Source of the DNA: Octopus vulgaris
Taxonomy: Eukaryota
Direction of reading: 5' to 3'
DNA length: 64,000 nt
NCBI GenBank assembly: GCA_951406725.2
Contig: OX597825.1
Span: 10,664,001 to 10,728,000 of the forward strand
A program made the position numbers and the translations under genes. Shown piece by piece: positions 39,401 to 50,405 of this stretch; the first letter of the stretch is position 1; each line of letters starts with the position of its first letter. A model generated the notes under the pieces. It ran no database searches. It was given only the letters and a program-made list of their open reading frames with translations, and had not been told where the DNA came from.

Positions 39401-41266
39401 AAAACTTCGTGGATGCCAGACCCACTAGAAATAGCAACAAAGTCTCCCTAAATTCACGGATAATTTAGTCCAACATACCCTCAAAAAAATCGAAACGGAC
39501 AAGGCTCAAAAGCCTTTAATCGTTTGTCTGATCGAATTAGTACTGACCGGACACGAACCACATCAGAGCACTTGTCTTCAGCTCTGCCACATTGACAATT
39601 TTACAAGCATAAGGAAGTTTTTCAGAGAGAGAGACACTTAGGAAAAAGTTACCAAATCCACTGAAGTGGAGAAAGATTGACAAAGGGCCCGACATAAGCA
39701 ACAGAAAATCCAGACACACCCACTAAATAATTGGCAAGACAGTTTAAAGTGATTGAATGCAGGATAGAGGCAGAGATGACAAAGCAGCGGGACCTCAGGT
39801 GAACTACATCAGTCACAAGGACTTGAGACGAACAAGTCGCACAAGAGTACATGATGTGCGTACATGTAGGAGACACACTAAATTTTTAAAAGAAAATGCA
39901 TGTGAGGTTTAACATAAGAGGAACATGGCGAAATTCGCACGGAAAAAGTTTTTGTTCATTTAAAAAAAAAAAAGAAAAAAAAAGACTTAATCAGAGTTGT
40001 CGGAGCTGCTAAAAGCGAAAGAACTTACCCGTATCAAAACACTGTAAGGTGTTAGTGGTTGTAATATCTCCATCTCCTTTCTGGATTACACCACCATAAA
40101 CGTACAATTTGTTGCCCAGGCTGCAAAAAGACTGGCCTTCACAAGCATCCAAAGTGCCGGAGGGTTTCACCTTTAATTGGAATATAAAAACATTTTTAAA
40201 TGGTTTCTTGCATAAATAAGAAAGCGGGTCAGTAACTCGGGTGGTTTTTCCTTGATTTTATATTTCAGTTCATTTAATCTATTCTCTTGGGAAAGATATG
40301 AAATCGTTCACTCGCTCAAGCTAGTGCTCGAAAAATTCGAACGAGGGCAATCGAGCAATGTGCGGAAATGAAGTACGGGGGGAAAATAAACGAAGAAACT
40401 CGTTACATAAGAAATGGAAAATGGCAAATGACATAAGGACATGTATTTTTAAGGGAAAACAGGTGGAGAAGTTCAGTCGATTACTTCCTTAAAGATTAAT
40501 TAAGGATTCTAATAAAATCGTTTCAACTGGAGTCAAAAATAGTTTGAGTCATACAGGAGAAATTATAACGGGGAATTAAAAGGGTGAAATAACAGTTGAA
40601 GTCCAGACTGGAAATATATTTTGTAAATAAGATGAAATAGGAAGAATAAAATCAAGTTTCGGAAACCAATTAGTGCTAATAAAATAAATAGGTGTAGTGA
40701 TAAAACGCGAGAAGCAACATGAGGGACAAAACAACTTTTTTTTTTTTTTTGGTCTGATTTAGATACTAAGAAGAATAAAATTAATTTTTACGGGCTTTTA
40801 ATTTTAAAGTCTTTGTAACCTTTGAATTTGAAATTATTTATATATCACTTTTAGGGTTAACGAAGATGTTTTATACCCAAACTATTTTAGTTTGGTTAAA
40901 AACTGTCAAAAAGAAAAATAGCACTTAAAAAGTTGCGTTGTGGTGCTTTTATGCTTTAGTACCACCATTTTTTATTTTTTTTTAAATTCCAAACGGCATA
41001 ATTCAATAAATCTCAGAAAAATTACTGATAATTATTTCGTAATTGTCTCAGGAAAATCAAAGTAGTTGTTGACGTAAAACGAATTGGGTCGGACACAGAG
41101 ATAAGAAGAGACATAAACCAAGTCTCGTATTCTATTCATCTAATAACCAGTCTACCAGTCTCTGACGTTCTTGGCAAAAATAAGAGGAACTTACCTGCTT
41201 CCATGTGACACTAAGATCATTTTCTATCGGAGATCCTTCGTTGGAAAGGCTGACGTTGTTACCCAT
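17105..41266 (-). CDS. Spliced gene, 9 coding exons, 393-aa kelch-repeat six-bladed beta-propeller protein (KLHDC/RABEPK-like class; orthologue not assigned)
   Basis: Exons of 72+142+153+131+136+153+156+174+65 = 1182 nt join in one open frame with GT..AG introns and matching phases. Six kelch motifs: LYVYGG, LFLFGG, IYYFGG, IIIFGG, MAVMGG, LVVHGG, each blade preceded by a conserved W. Confidence 0.9.
18265..18438 (-). CDS. Kelch gene exon 8 (EKNHWLQP...PSARGQHSVVVCGDVLVVHGG...DTYVAKI)
   Basis: TTTCAG| acceptor, G|GTAAAC donor, 174 nt, phase 1->1. Confidence 0.92.
18619..20055 (-). mobile_element. Internally deleted pogo/Tigger-type DNA transposon with DDE transposase remnant (~19181-19800)
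   Basis: Ends TA|CCATATTTGCCA and TGGCAAATATTG|TA. Remnant LQLFDVTINKPFKDRLKHSW...FLKCCIS resembles the pogo QPLDV region. Confidence 0.8.
18757..18977. mobile_element. TTAA-flanked (piggyBac-type) MITE nested in the pogo relic
   Basis: TTAA|CCCTTTTATTAC ... GTAACGAAATGG|TTAA, imperfect TIR. Confidence 0.65.
21695..21850 (-). CDS. Kelch gene exon 7 (DTRKWSPL...PAARSYHAAVMIGDRMAVMGGRG...DMHILDL)
   Basis: TTTCAG| acceptor, G|GTAAG donor, 156 nt, phase 1->1; absent from the ORF track. Confidence 0.92.
30521..30673 (-). CDS. Kelch gene exon 6 (ETDVWSQP...PSARAASTMCVLERDIIIFGGRDSKGRQNDVHTYNI)
   Basis: CTGTAG| acceptor, G|GTAAG donor, 153 nt, phase 1->1. Confidence 0.92.
30856..31590 (+). mobile_element. 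(GAT)n-tailed retroposon with a 5' array of ~62-nt modules; about 20 full or partial copies in the window (e.g. 15622-15803, 29367-29760, 36180-36565, 53250-53515 on +; 25064-25278, 28112-28305, 42220-42828, 51807-52215, 57923-58315, 59657-60170 on -)
   Basis: Constant 3' body GGTTGGCGTTAGGAAGGGCATCCAGCTGTAGAAAC...CCAACCCATGCTAGCATGGA..CGGACGTTAAACGATGATG; variable 5' ends; no tRNA head seen. Confidence 0.85.
30866..31428 (+). repeat. Tandem array of nine 62/63-bp modules, order A-B-A-B-A-B-B-A-B
   Basis: GTGCC anchors at 30902, 30965, 31027, 31090, 31152, 31215, 31278, 31340 and 31403. Confidence 0.95.
32305..32440 (-). CDS. Kelch gene exon 5 (acidic loop EDEVEEDEGDKDADEEVSSEEEDED...FQWFDDLYIFNT)
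   Basis: TTTTTTAG| acceptor, G|GTGTGT donor, 136 nt, phase 0->1; completes blade 3. Confidence 0.88.
33163..33382. mobile_element. TTAA-type MITE family (~220 bp); other copies 24635-24858 and 23379-23548, interrupted copies near 15480-15855, 17680-18192, 24975-25442, 29325-29819
   Basis: TTAA|CCCTTTAGCATT ... AATGCTAA(A/T)GGG|TTAA with a shared internal sequence (CTCTCACACCTACCCTACAA..GTCATT). Confidence 0.8.
34238..34368 (-). CDS. Kelch gene exon 4 (VKNTWSLLSTSGTIPSPRDKVSCVAAGKNIYYFGGFGPKMSEDD)
   Basis: TATCAG| acceptor, |GTAAGT donor, 131 nt, phase 1->0. Confidence 0.9.
35581..35733 (-). CDS. Kelch gene exon 3 (ETQKWTTCEANGEVPKPSSGSALAAVGNILFLFGG...IHAYNT)
   Basis: TTCTTCAG| acceptor, G|GTTCGT donor, 153 nt, phase 1->1. 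Confidence 0.9.
37561..37814 (+). mobile_element. tRNA-derived SINE with (TTTA) tail; related heads at ~35060-35170 (-) and ~44260-44350 (-)
   Basis: 13-bp TSD TACTTCTAACAAG (37548-37560 and 37815-37827); TGGCTTAGTGG A box; CORE-like TGTGTTCTTGAGCAA. Confidence 0.88.
38281..39040. repeat. Long foldback (inverted repeat) in intron 2 of the kelch gene
   Basis: Arms 38281-38476 and 38843-39040 (~196 bp) are near-perfect reverse complements; the spacer is microsatellite-like. Confidence 0.95.
40029..40170 (-). CDS. Kelch gene exon 2 (VKPSGTLDACEGQSFCSLGNKLYVYGG...LQCFDT)
   Basis: AAG| acceptor, G|GTAAG donor, 142 nt, phase 0->1, kelch blade 1. Confidence 0.9.
41195..41266 (-). CDS. Kelch gene coding exon 1 (MGNNVSLSNEGSPIENDLSVTWKQ)
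   Basis: ATG at 41266; CAG|GTAAG donor, phase 0. An acceptor-like CTTTGTCTGTCTTTCAG lies 8 nt upstream of the ATG, suggesting a further 5' UTR exon. Confidence 0.75.
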
Positions 41267-41895
41267 ATTAACAGCTGAAAGACAGACAAAGATGTTGTCG
41301 AATGAAGCAAGAATTAAGAAAGAAAACGATGAATAGACAAATTTCTAGAAAGCCAGCGGATAAGTGATGACATACAAAGAATACAATGCTTCACCCAAAC
41401 ACTGGCGATTTCCCGCTCTTATATTTATACTGTTTTCGCGGATTTTTTCTCCTCCTCCCTTTTACTAAAGCATGTCGGGGGAAAGCAGAGAGAATATTTT
41501 ATTTTTTATGAGATATATTTATTTTCCTCAGATAATGATAGACTGTTTTATATAAAATATATGTAAGGTTTTTTGACAATTGCTATTATTTACATCTATA
41601 CCGAAACCATTTCAGGAATATATGTAATTGAAAGTGTGTGCGTATAATGTTTGGTATATGTGTATATGGCCAAAATATTCGGTGCTTTCCGCCAATTTCC
41701 GGACATCGTTTAGTTTTTTTGACACTTCGCGCCCAACTCATTTCTTTTAGACGTGGGTCGGAAAACTTTTTATTGGTACCTCCTCTGTCAACAAAATTCC
41801 ATTTTCTTTTTATGAATTGTTTTATCAGTGGTACTCGATGTAGATAAAACTATAAATAACAGCATATAGAATATTGGGTTAAAAAACCTCTCGAG

Positions 41896-42170
41896 TAGAA
41901 AATAAAAAGTAAAAAGTATCTAAGTGCTATATATATATACACATACATATATATTTGAAAAAATGAATAGAAATTGCTTTTCTGATAATTTTCCCACTTT
42001 GATAATTAGATGTTTATAAGTTTACAAAAGATAATCTTCGCTTTCGCATCTACCTTTTGTAAACTTTTGAACATCTAATTATTAAAGTGGCAAAATTTTC
42101 AGAAAAGACATTTCTATTCATTCTTTCAAATATATATTACTGTACCAAGGACTTTTTATTTCTTATTCTA
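41896..42170. repeat. AT-rich palindrome upstream of the kelch ATG (core arms ~41950-42033 and ~42050-42136)
   Basis: ATATATTTGAAAAAATGAATAGAAAT...GTTTACAAAAG against CTTTTGTAAAC...ATTTCTATTCATTCTTTCAAATATAT; loop about 17 nt. Confidence 0.88.
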
Positions 42171-42174
42171 TTAC

Positions 42175-42216
<42 letters not shown>

Positions 42217-42851
42217 ATATCATCGTCATCATCATTGTTTAACGTCCACTTTCCATCTTTCCATGTTAGCATGGGTTGGACGATTTGACTGAGGGCGAAC
42301 CAGATGGCTGCACCAGGCTCTAATCTGATCTGGCAGAGTTTCTACACCTGGATGCCCTTCCTAATGCCAACCATTCCGAGAGTGTAGTGGGTGCTTTTAC
42401 ATGCCACCGACACAATGCCAAGTCAGGCGTACTGGCAATGGCCATGCTCAAATGGTGTTTTTTACATGCCACCGGCACAGGAGCCAGTCCAGCAGCACTG
42501 GCAATGACCTCGCTCGAATGTTCTTTTATGTGCCACTGGCACAAGTGCCAGTAAGGCGACACTGGTAACGATCACGCTCGAATGGTGCTTTTTATGTGCC
42601 ACCAGCATGGAAGCCAGTTAGCTGCTCTGGCAACGATCATGCTCGGATGGTGCTTAGTGCTCCACTAGCACGGATGCCAGTCATCGAATTTGATTTCGAT
42701 TTTGATTTCACTTACCTCAACAGGTCTTAGCAAGCTGAGTTTAGTGTCCAATGAAGGAAAGGTACGCATGAGTGGGCTGGTTACACTCCTGGCATAGGCC
42801 ACAGGGTTATGGTCTCACTTGGCTTGCCATATATATGTACGTATGTATGTA

Positions 42852-42887
<36 letters not shown>

Positions 42888-43661
42888 ATTAGATATATAC
42901 ACATATATCAATTCAAATAAATATATATATCAATATATACATCAATTCAAATAAACAAATAAAAAACAGACAACATGGGAAAGTGCATAACAAATGTATT
43001 AACTTGAAACTTGGTGAAAGGAGAGAGTTTGATGCTTCGAGCATAGCTCTTCATCGGAAAGGAGAAAGGGAAAAGTTCAAAGAAGGAAAACATACATACA
43101 TATAAATATATATATATTTACAAAACAAATTTACATGAAGTACAAAAATATTTTGCTGAAATTTCCACCCTAACAAAAGGGGGCCGGTTTTATGGTAATG
43201 TTTATATGCAGCCCCTACTGGTTGCATATCTTTGATGCCAGTTATGAACATTACAAATAATACATAATTCTGAGACTCCAGAAACAGCTGTCGGAATTGA
43301 AATGGCATGCCTTCTCCCCTTAGTTTTCTGTAGTTTTCTTTTTGTACTCCATGTAAATTTATTTTGTAAATATATAAATTTCTATATGCTTATACATGAA
43401 AATACATCTGATGAATATTTTCAGTTCTTGTTTCTCTCTCTATAAATACCTATATACATTTACATGTGTATATGTATGTATGTATGTTTAATAAATAAAG
43501 TCCAAGAATGTTTATCTGCATCACTGTCTCTATATCAGTTCACCTGGATTTCTTTCATAGCTACTTTCTATCCTGCAGACTTAGTCCTCATTAACAACTT
43601 TGGAGATTAAGTTCGGACCATTCCATTTGGGCACTATTACATGTTCTCTCTCTATTGAGCA

Positions 43662-43716
<55 letters not shown>

Positions 43717-43847
43717 CATCATCATCATCATCATTTAGCATCCGTTTTCCATGCTAGCATGGGTTGGACGGTTTAACTGGGGTCTGTGAAGCCGACACAC
43801 ACACAAACATATACATACATATATATATATGTGTGTGTGTGTGTGTA

Positions 43848-43903
<56 letters not shown>

Positions 43904-44008
43904 TCCACTGTACTGACAAACTTCCAAATGCCTATTTTTTTCTAATAGATTCTTAGACAACTATATATATAAATCATCATCATTATCTACAGCTGGATGC
44001 CTTTCCTA

Positions 44009-44040
<32 letters not shown>

Positions 44041-45116
44041 AAACCTCTTCGGTCATGAATAACTATGGGATTAAACCTAGATAGTTACCCTCCAGGGCAT
44101 GGGTCCAGGCAACATTGTTTATGGAAGACCAGCAGTCACCCATGCATACCAGCCTCTCTTCTCCACACCACCGATGTTATCCAAGAGTAAAGGCAAAAAC
44201 CAATTCAGCTTGGCACCAGTGATATCATAACTCACTTCTACAGACGAATGAACCGGAGTAACATGAAGTAAAGTCTCTTGCTCGAGGAATCGAACTCACT
44301 ACCTCATGATTGTGAGCCTGACACTCTAACCACAAAGCCATGCTCCTTCACATACACACACACACATGCATGCACATACACACACACATAAACATATATA
44401 AAACGTTGTTATGAAAAAGACATGGTGTCAGTTTACAGACATAATTTATTGCTACATTTTTCTTTCAAGGTTTCATGGGAATACAGACAGATTTAATTTT
44501 ATACGAACGCCATATTTTAGAGATGCTGAAGGTCTTCACACATGATTAATGATTAAACCAATCTTTCACATCACTGCAAAAAAAATTTGGCTGCATTGAT
44601 TTCTTCATCCATCTCTGAGCTGGTATAGAGATGTGAAAACAGTTATTATGAAAATCATGCTGGGTTGAGAATGGAGCTGTGGAAACAGCTTTTGAGAAAG
44701 GAATTCACCAGGGGACTGTAACAAAGGGTGTCCAAGTTTCCTCTGCCTTTCACACTCAAGACAGGTGTTTTAAAGCTGTCGCTGAAGAGAACTTTCTAGT
44801 ACTTATCATGTGAACCATTAGTTCTGATTGGTCTGCACACATGATAAAACTTGTGATTTACATGTTATCGTAAATGTAAATGATATTCAACTGCCACATA
44901 TGTGTGTGTGCTTATATATATATATATATATATATACTGCCAGATCTGACTGGCCTGGTGCAGCCTTCGGGCTCCCCAGACCCCAGTTGAACCGTCCAAC
45001 CCATGCTAGCATGGAAAGCGGACGTTAAATGATGATGATGATGATGATATATATACATACTTATGTGTGTGTGTGTATGCATATATATATATATATATAT
45101 TTATTTATTTATATAC

Positions 45117-45154
<38 letters not shown>

Positions 45155-45248
45155 TGTTCTGGTTCAGAAAAACATCATTAGTTCTTGGAATGTTTTAATA
45201 ATAGGTTTTATTGATATATGTTTTATGTGTATGTGTATCTATATATGA

Positions 45249-45287
<39 letters not shown>

Positions 45288-45478
45288 CATGCTGGACCAC
45301 TGAACTCAACACGTTTTTTTTTTTCAATTTCTCTCTATTTTTATTTCCTCTTTTTCCTTTCTGTCAAAGAGCATAGGTTCGAAACATAAAAGACTTTTCC
45401 AATTTCCCTGAGCGTCAAACTAATCCACCTGTTTGTTGTTCCTACACCCGTCTTCATCTTTATTTTCCTATAAATTTG

Positions 45479-45518
<40 letters not shown>

Positions 45519-45872
45519 TATAGATTAGAGAAAAAACCACAATTATACAATTCAAACAATGATAGACATAAACCAAATCATAAATAAAAAAATAAAATAT
45601 ATTTTTTAAAACATGTAAATAGAACACAAAAAGTACAAAAATGAATAACAAATATATAATACATAATATTATATTATATATAGAGAACATTCTTTTCTTT
45701 GCGGTTAGATCGTAGATGATCTACTTCTAGCATATTGGATGTCCACTTAGTGGTCATCCCTTCTTATAACAATTTTTCTGAATTTTCAGATTTTTTTATA
45801 TGCTAGGCTACTGGTTTTAAATTGATGTTAATTAAATTAGTATTCAATTTATCACCCTCATTATTTAAATTT

Positions 45873-45913
<41 letters not shown>

Positions 45914-47199
45914 TTATAAGCTTAAACCTTGTAAGTAGTCACTGTGTAATGACTAAAGAAAATAGCCTGGATCTTTACGTTTTGACCGACAGATTTTTAA
46001 AATAAGTTTTTGTAACTAAACACTTTCAAACTTCAGACACTGGTAGAATGTGTCATATAAAACATCTTTCACTCTTAGCATTTTTGAAAAAACTTTATAT
46101 TTACAAAGTTATCTCATGTTAAAGTTGTATTATTTCAGTAATTTCAACCAATCAATGACGTGTATTCAGTTGAATATAATTACTGCTGCTGTTTGTCACC
46201 AAGAACTGCTGAGATGGGATAAATTTCATAAGCTAAAATTCACCCCACCCATCAAAAAAAAAAACACAAAAAAAATTCAGTCTTTAAAGTTTCATAGCTT
46301 TTTTTGATAATTTCTTCCCCCACCCCGAAAAAAAAATGGTTACAGTTTTTGTACTTGGCATGAAATGTGTTACATCTGTGTGCAGAAATTTCTATTAAAG
46401 TTGAAAGCATTAGCTAAAATTGAAAAGATCCTAAAATGGAAAGAGAACAGGTGTGATCAACAGGTGGTTTGAACAAGGAAGAGATATCTGTTAGAGGAGC
46501 CGTGCTTGAGAAATGGAGGAAAGGAGTTAAAAGAAAAAAAAAGATTGAAAAGAGAGAAAAATAGAAAGAGAAAAGAGAATATTTAATGCAAATTTGAGGA
46601 CATGAAATTTTGATCAAAGATTAACAATAAAGAAAATGGAAATGGAAAGGTAGACAGGAAATAATAAATAATAAAATTACCTATAAATTGGACATGGGTA
46701 ATCGTTGTATTCTTTCTTGTCTTGAGGTTCACAGCCAAACTGCTAGGTGGAGTCACGTGAAAAATGGCACAAACGTGGAGACAGGTGCATAAATTGGAAT
46801 GCAGTTTGTATTTTTTTTCTAGCCCCCACAGTTACCGAGAAAATCAATTAAAACTTTTTGTAATAGAATTACCCTGTTTGTTTGTCATCATTAAAACAAC
46901 CAGTTGCTCACACAGCCAGTATATACCATTTCGCTAGCAACAAGGGAAGTACAGGGTGACAGTCAGCCAAAACTTTCACTATGCTGTCTCTCTTTTTCCC
47001 CCTCTCTGTGGGGTTAATAATCTTAATCTTTAGTTACAGTTTCTCATTCAAACTACATAATAGGCAGAATTGTCAGATTAAGACAGTAGGGTCTTTTGAA
47101 GGAGATTTGGCTGCTATTTCTACCAGGTCTAGCTACTATGTAGAGGTCTGAACTTAATTTTCATTCACATATTTGCATTTCAAAAATTTAACATAAACT

Positions 47200-47749
47200 T
47201 TTCTATAAATCAACTATCGTAAAAATTTTATACGATGACCCCACATTTTCTATGTATGTGCTTGTACCTTAAAAGACGTCAATCATCACAATACACACCT
47301 TCACTCACTCACTCTATCTCTCTTTCTCACCCTCTTTCTCTCTCACATACACACACACGCACACACACACATCTCCATTTCATATATCTTCTTTCAATTT
47401 GTGCTCTGCAAATAAATTTTTTTACAGATACAATTGCTTACAAAAATAGGGATCAATGTATAATTTCTTTCTATGTCCATAATTAAATCAATGTTTTAAT
47501 GATTAGACAGAGGTCCAATAGAATATCTCTAAGAAACAGACTACGTACAAATTCGTTCTTCACAACTCCTGAAGCTGTTTTCTGACAAGGGAGGTGGGGT
47601 AGGAAATTTTCATACATCTGGAGGCTCCAATTGAAACAGGGGACCCGAAATGATAAAGTTGACAAACGTTGTTATAGATTATGCTTAACCGAAAACGATC
47701 ACAGCCACATCATCCGAACAGACCGGGTGGAACCGGGCTTAGCTGCTAG
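47200..47749 (+). mobile_element. Helitron-like element (3' end clear, 5' end approximate)
   Basis: CCGGGTGGAACCGGG hairpin followed by CTGCTAG|T, the same architecture as 3040-3067. Confidence 0.5.
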
Positions 47750-47863
47750 TATTATAATAAAAGACAGACATGAAAAAGTAAAGTAAGGAAGAGGATAGGA
47801 GATATAAAAGGAATGGGAGAGAGAGGGAGAGAAGGAGGACAGAGTTCTAGAGAAAAGAGGTGA

Positions 47864-47908
<45 letters not shown>

Positions 47909-47939
47909 CAGAGAGAGACAGACAGACAGACAGACATAC

Positions 47940-48003
<64 letters not shown>

Positions 48004-48008
48004 CAATC

Positions 48009-48058
<50 letters not shown>

Positions 48059-48599
48059 CAGACAGATAAATAGATAGATCGATAGATAGATAGAGAGAGA
48101 GAGGGGGGGCGAGAGAAAGAGTAAAAAACTGAATTAATAGAAAATAAAAAAGAAAGACTAATCGGACGAGAGAGAGGGGGGAGAGAGAAGGAGAAACTGA
48201 GGTAGAAATCAAAAGATCCAAAATATAGGAGAGATTGCGAGTCTTTCCAAAATGAGTGAAAGAAATCGTGTCAAAGAGAGAGAAGAAGGAAGCGAAAAAG
48301 GAGAAGAATAATTCGAAATAAGCAGAAGGAGAGATTGAAAATAACAGAGAGAGAGAGAGAGAGAATAGAGACGGGGACGAATTGAAGAGAAAAATGACAA
48401 TGTAAAGGAGAAGGAGGAGGAATGGAGGGAAGAGAGTAAGAATTATGTGAGAGAATTGAGTAGGGAGATAGATAGAGAGAAGAAATAGTGTAAGGAAGGG
48501 AAGAGGAGTAGGAGGGAAAGAGTAAGAGATAGATGGGAAAAGGGGGAAGGGATAAAGAGAAGAGATAGAAAGGCAGGATAGAATGGGAGGGAGATGATG

Positions 48600-48630
<31 letters not shown>

Positions 48631-49325
48631 GTAAGGGAGGAGGTAAGAAGTAAGAAGATAGAAAAGACGAAAACAGAGAGAGAGAGTGAGAGAGAGTAGA
48701 AGATAAGGTAACATATGAGAGAGGGGGTAAGAAGTAATTGAAAATTTAGAAAAGAAGAGAGAGAGAGAGAGAGAGAAAGAAAGAGAGAGAGAAAGAAAGA
48801 GAGAGAGAAAGAAAGAGAGAGAGAAAGAAAGAGAGAGAGAGAAAGAAAGAGAGAGAGAAAGAAAGAGAGAGAGAAAGAAAGAGAGAGAGAGAGAAAGAAA
48901 GAGAGAGAGAAAGAAAGAGAGAGAGAAAGAAAGAGAGAGAGAAAGAAAGAGAGAGAGAAAGAAAGAGAGAGAGAGAGGTAAGGGAGGAGATAAGAAGATA
49001 GAAAGACGAAAACAGAGAGAGAGAGAAGAAGAGAACGTAACATGTGAGAGAGGGGGGTAAGAAGTAATTGAAAATTTAGAAAAGAAGAGAGAGAGAGAGA
49101 GAGAGAGAGAGGTAAGAGAGGAGATAAGGAGTAAGAAGATAGAAAAGACGAAAACAGAGAGAGAGAGAGAGAGTAGAAGATAATGTAATATGTGAGAGAG
49201 GGGGGTAAGAAGTAATTGAAAATTTAGAAAAAAAGAGAGAGAAACAGAGAAAGACAGAGAGAGAGAGAGAGAGAGAAGAGGTAGAGAAAGAGGGTTAGAT
49301 ATAGGGGAGGGGGATGAAGAAGAAG
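47864..49325. repeat. (TAGA)n followed by a ~1.2-kb purine-rich (GA/GAAA)n tract containing a triplicated ~120-130-bp block
   Basis: Block GAGGTAAG..AAGACGAAAACAG..GGGGGTAAGAAGTAATTGAAAATTTAG at ~48629, ~48974 and ~49109. Confidence 0.92.
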
Positions 49326-49814
49326 AACTGATTTACATAATCTCGTCGGTCCGAGATTCTATCTTGTGTCATTCCGTTCCTCAGCCGTGTCTGTCGATGG
49401 TTGACGGTTTGGAGACATACAAACCATGTAAGTCATCATTTATTATCCTTCTTTGCCTCATTAAATATTTTCCCCCTCTTTGGATCGAAGAAAGGAAGCA
49501 CCTTGTATTTGCTTTCACGCTTCTTTCCAAAAAAAAAAAGACCTTTTAAAATTGGTTACAAAAAAAAAAAAACACACACAAAAGACCTTTTCCTCGTCTC
49601 CATAAAAAAAAATGTTACTAATTAATAATTGATAATTAATAAATTACTATATATGGCACGAAGGATATTAATTTCATTACGTATAATAATAACCATAGCA
49701 ATAATTGGTGGTTTGCTAAACATTGGCCCCGATCTTAGATTGAATGCCTTCTATGACGACACACATAGCTGGTGCTTGTTGTATCGACCCCCGGGGATGG
49801 ATAAAGGATGTACC

Positions 49815-50405
49815 AGTCATGTACTGGGGGGTTCGGCTTAATTGATGTGCCCTACCCCGCTATACATGCTGTGGGGTCTTCTACCTGGTCCAGACATCAT
49901 CATCATCTCTGTGATTTAGCATCGATAGTGATATATAATTGATAATTATATAAAAATGACGATTGATAGAGAGATATAAGCACTAATTAAGGACTAGTAT
50001 CCACTTAATTAATGTGCCCTACCCGATATACATGCTGTGGGGTCTTCTACCTGGTTCAGACAACATCATCATCACTGATTTAGCATCGACAGTGATATAT
50101 TATAAATATACCACCAATAATATTAATTAAAAATGACTAGTGATAGAAAGATATAAGTGCTAATTAAGTACTGGGGTCGACTTAATTGATGTGCCCTACC
50201 CGCTATGCATGCTGTGGGGTCTTCTACCTGGTTCAGATAACATCATCATTGTGATTTAACAGCAATAGTGATATATTATAAATATACCACCAATAATATC
50301 ACAATTAATAATAATGGTTGATAGAAAGATATATTCGCTAATCAAGCACCGGGGTTTGAGTTAATTGATGTGCCCTGCCCATATAAATATGCTGTGGGGC
50401 CTTGT
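49815..50405 (+). repeat. Tandem ~170-180 bp repeat, about 3.3 units
   Basis: TTAATT(G/A)ATGTGCCCT(A/G)CCC..ATGCTGTGGG recurs at ~49837, ~50005, ~50182 and ~50361. Confidence 0.9.

Noticed and set aside
48003-49043. 346-aa Leu/Ser/Phe-rich membrane-like ORF
   Set aside because: Translation of the (CT)n strand of the purine tract.
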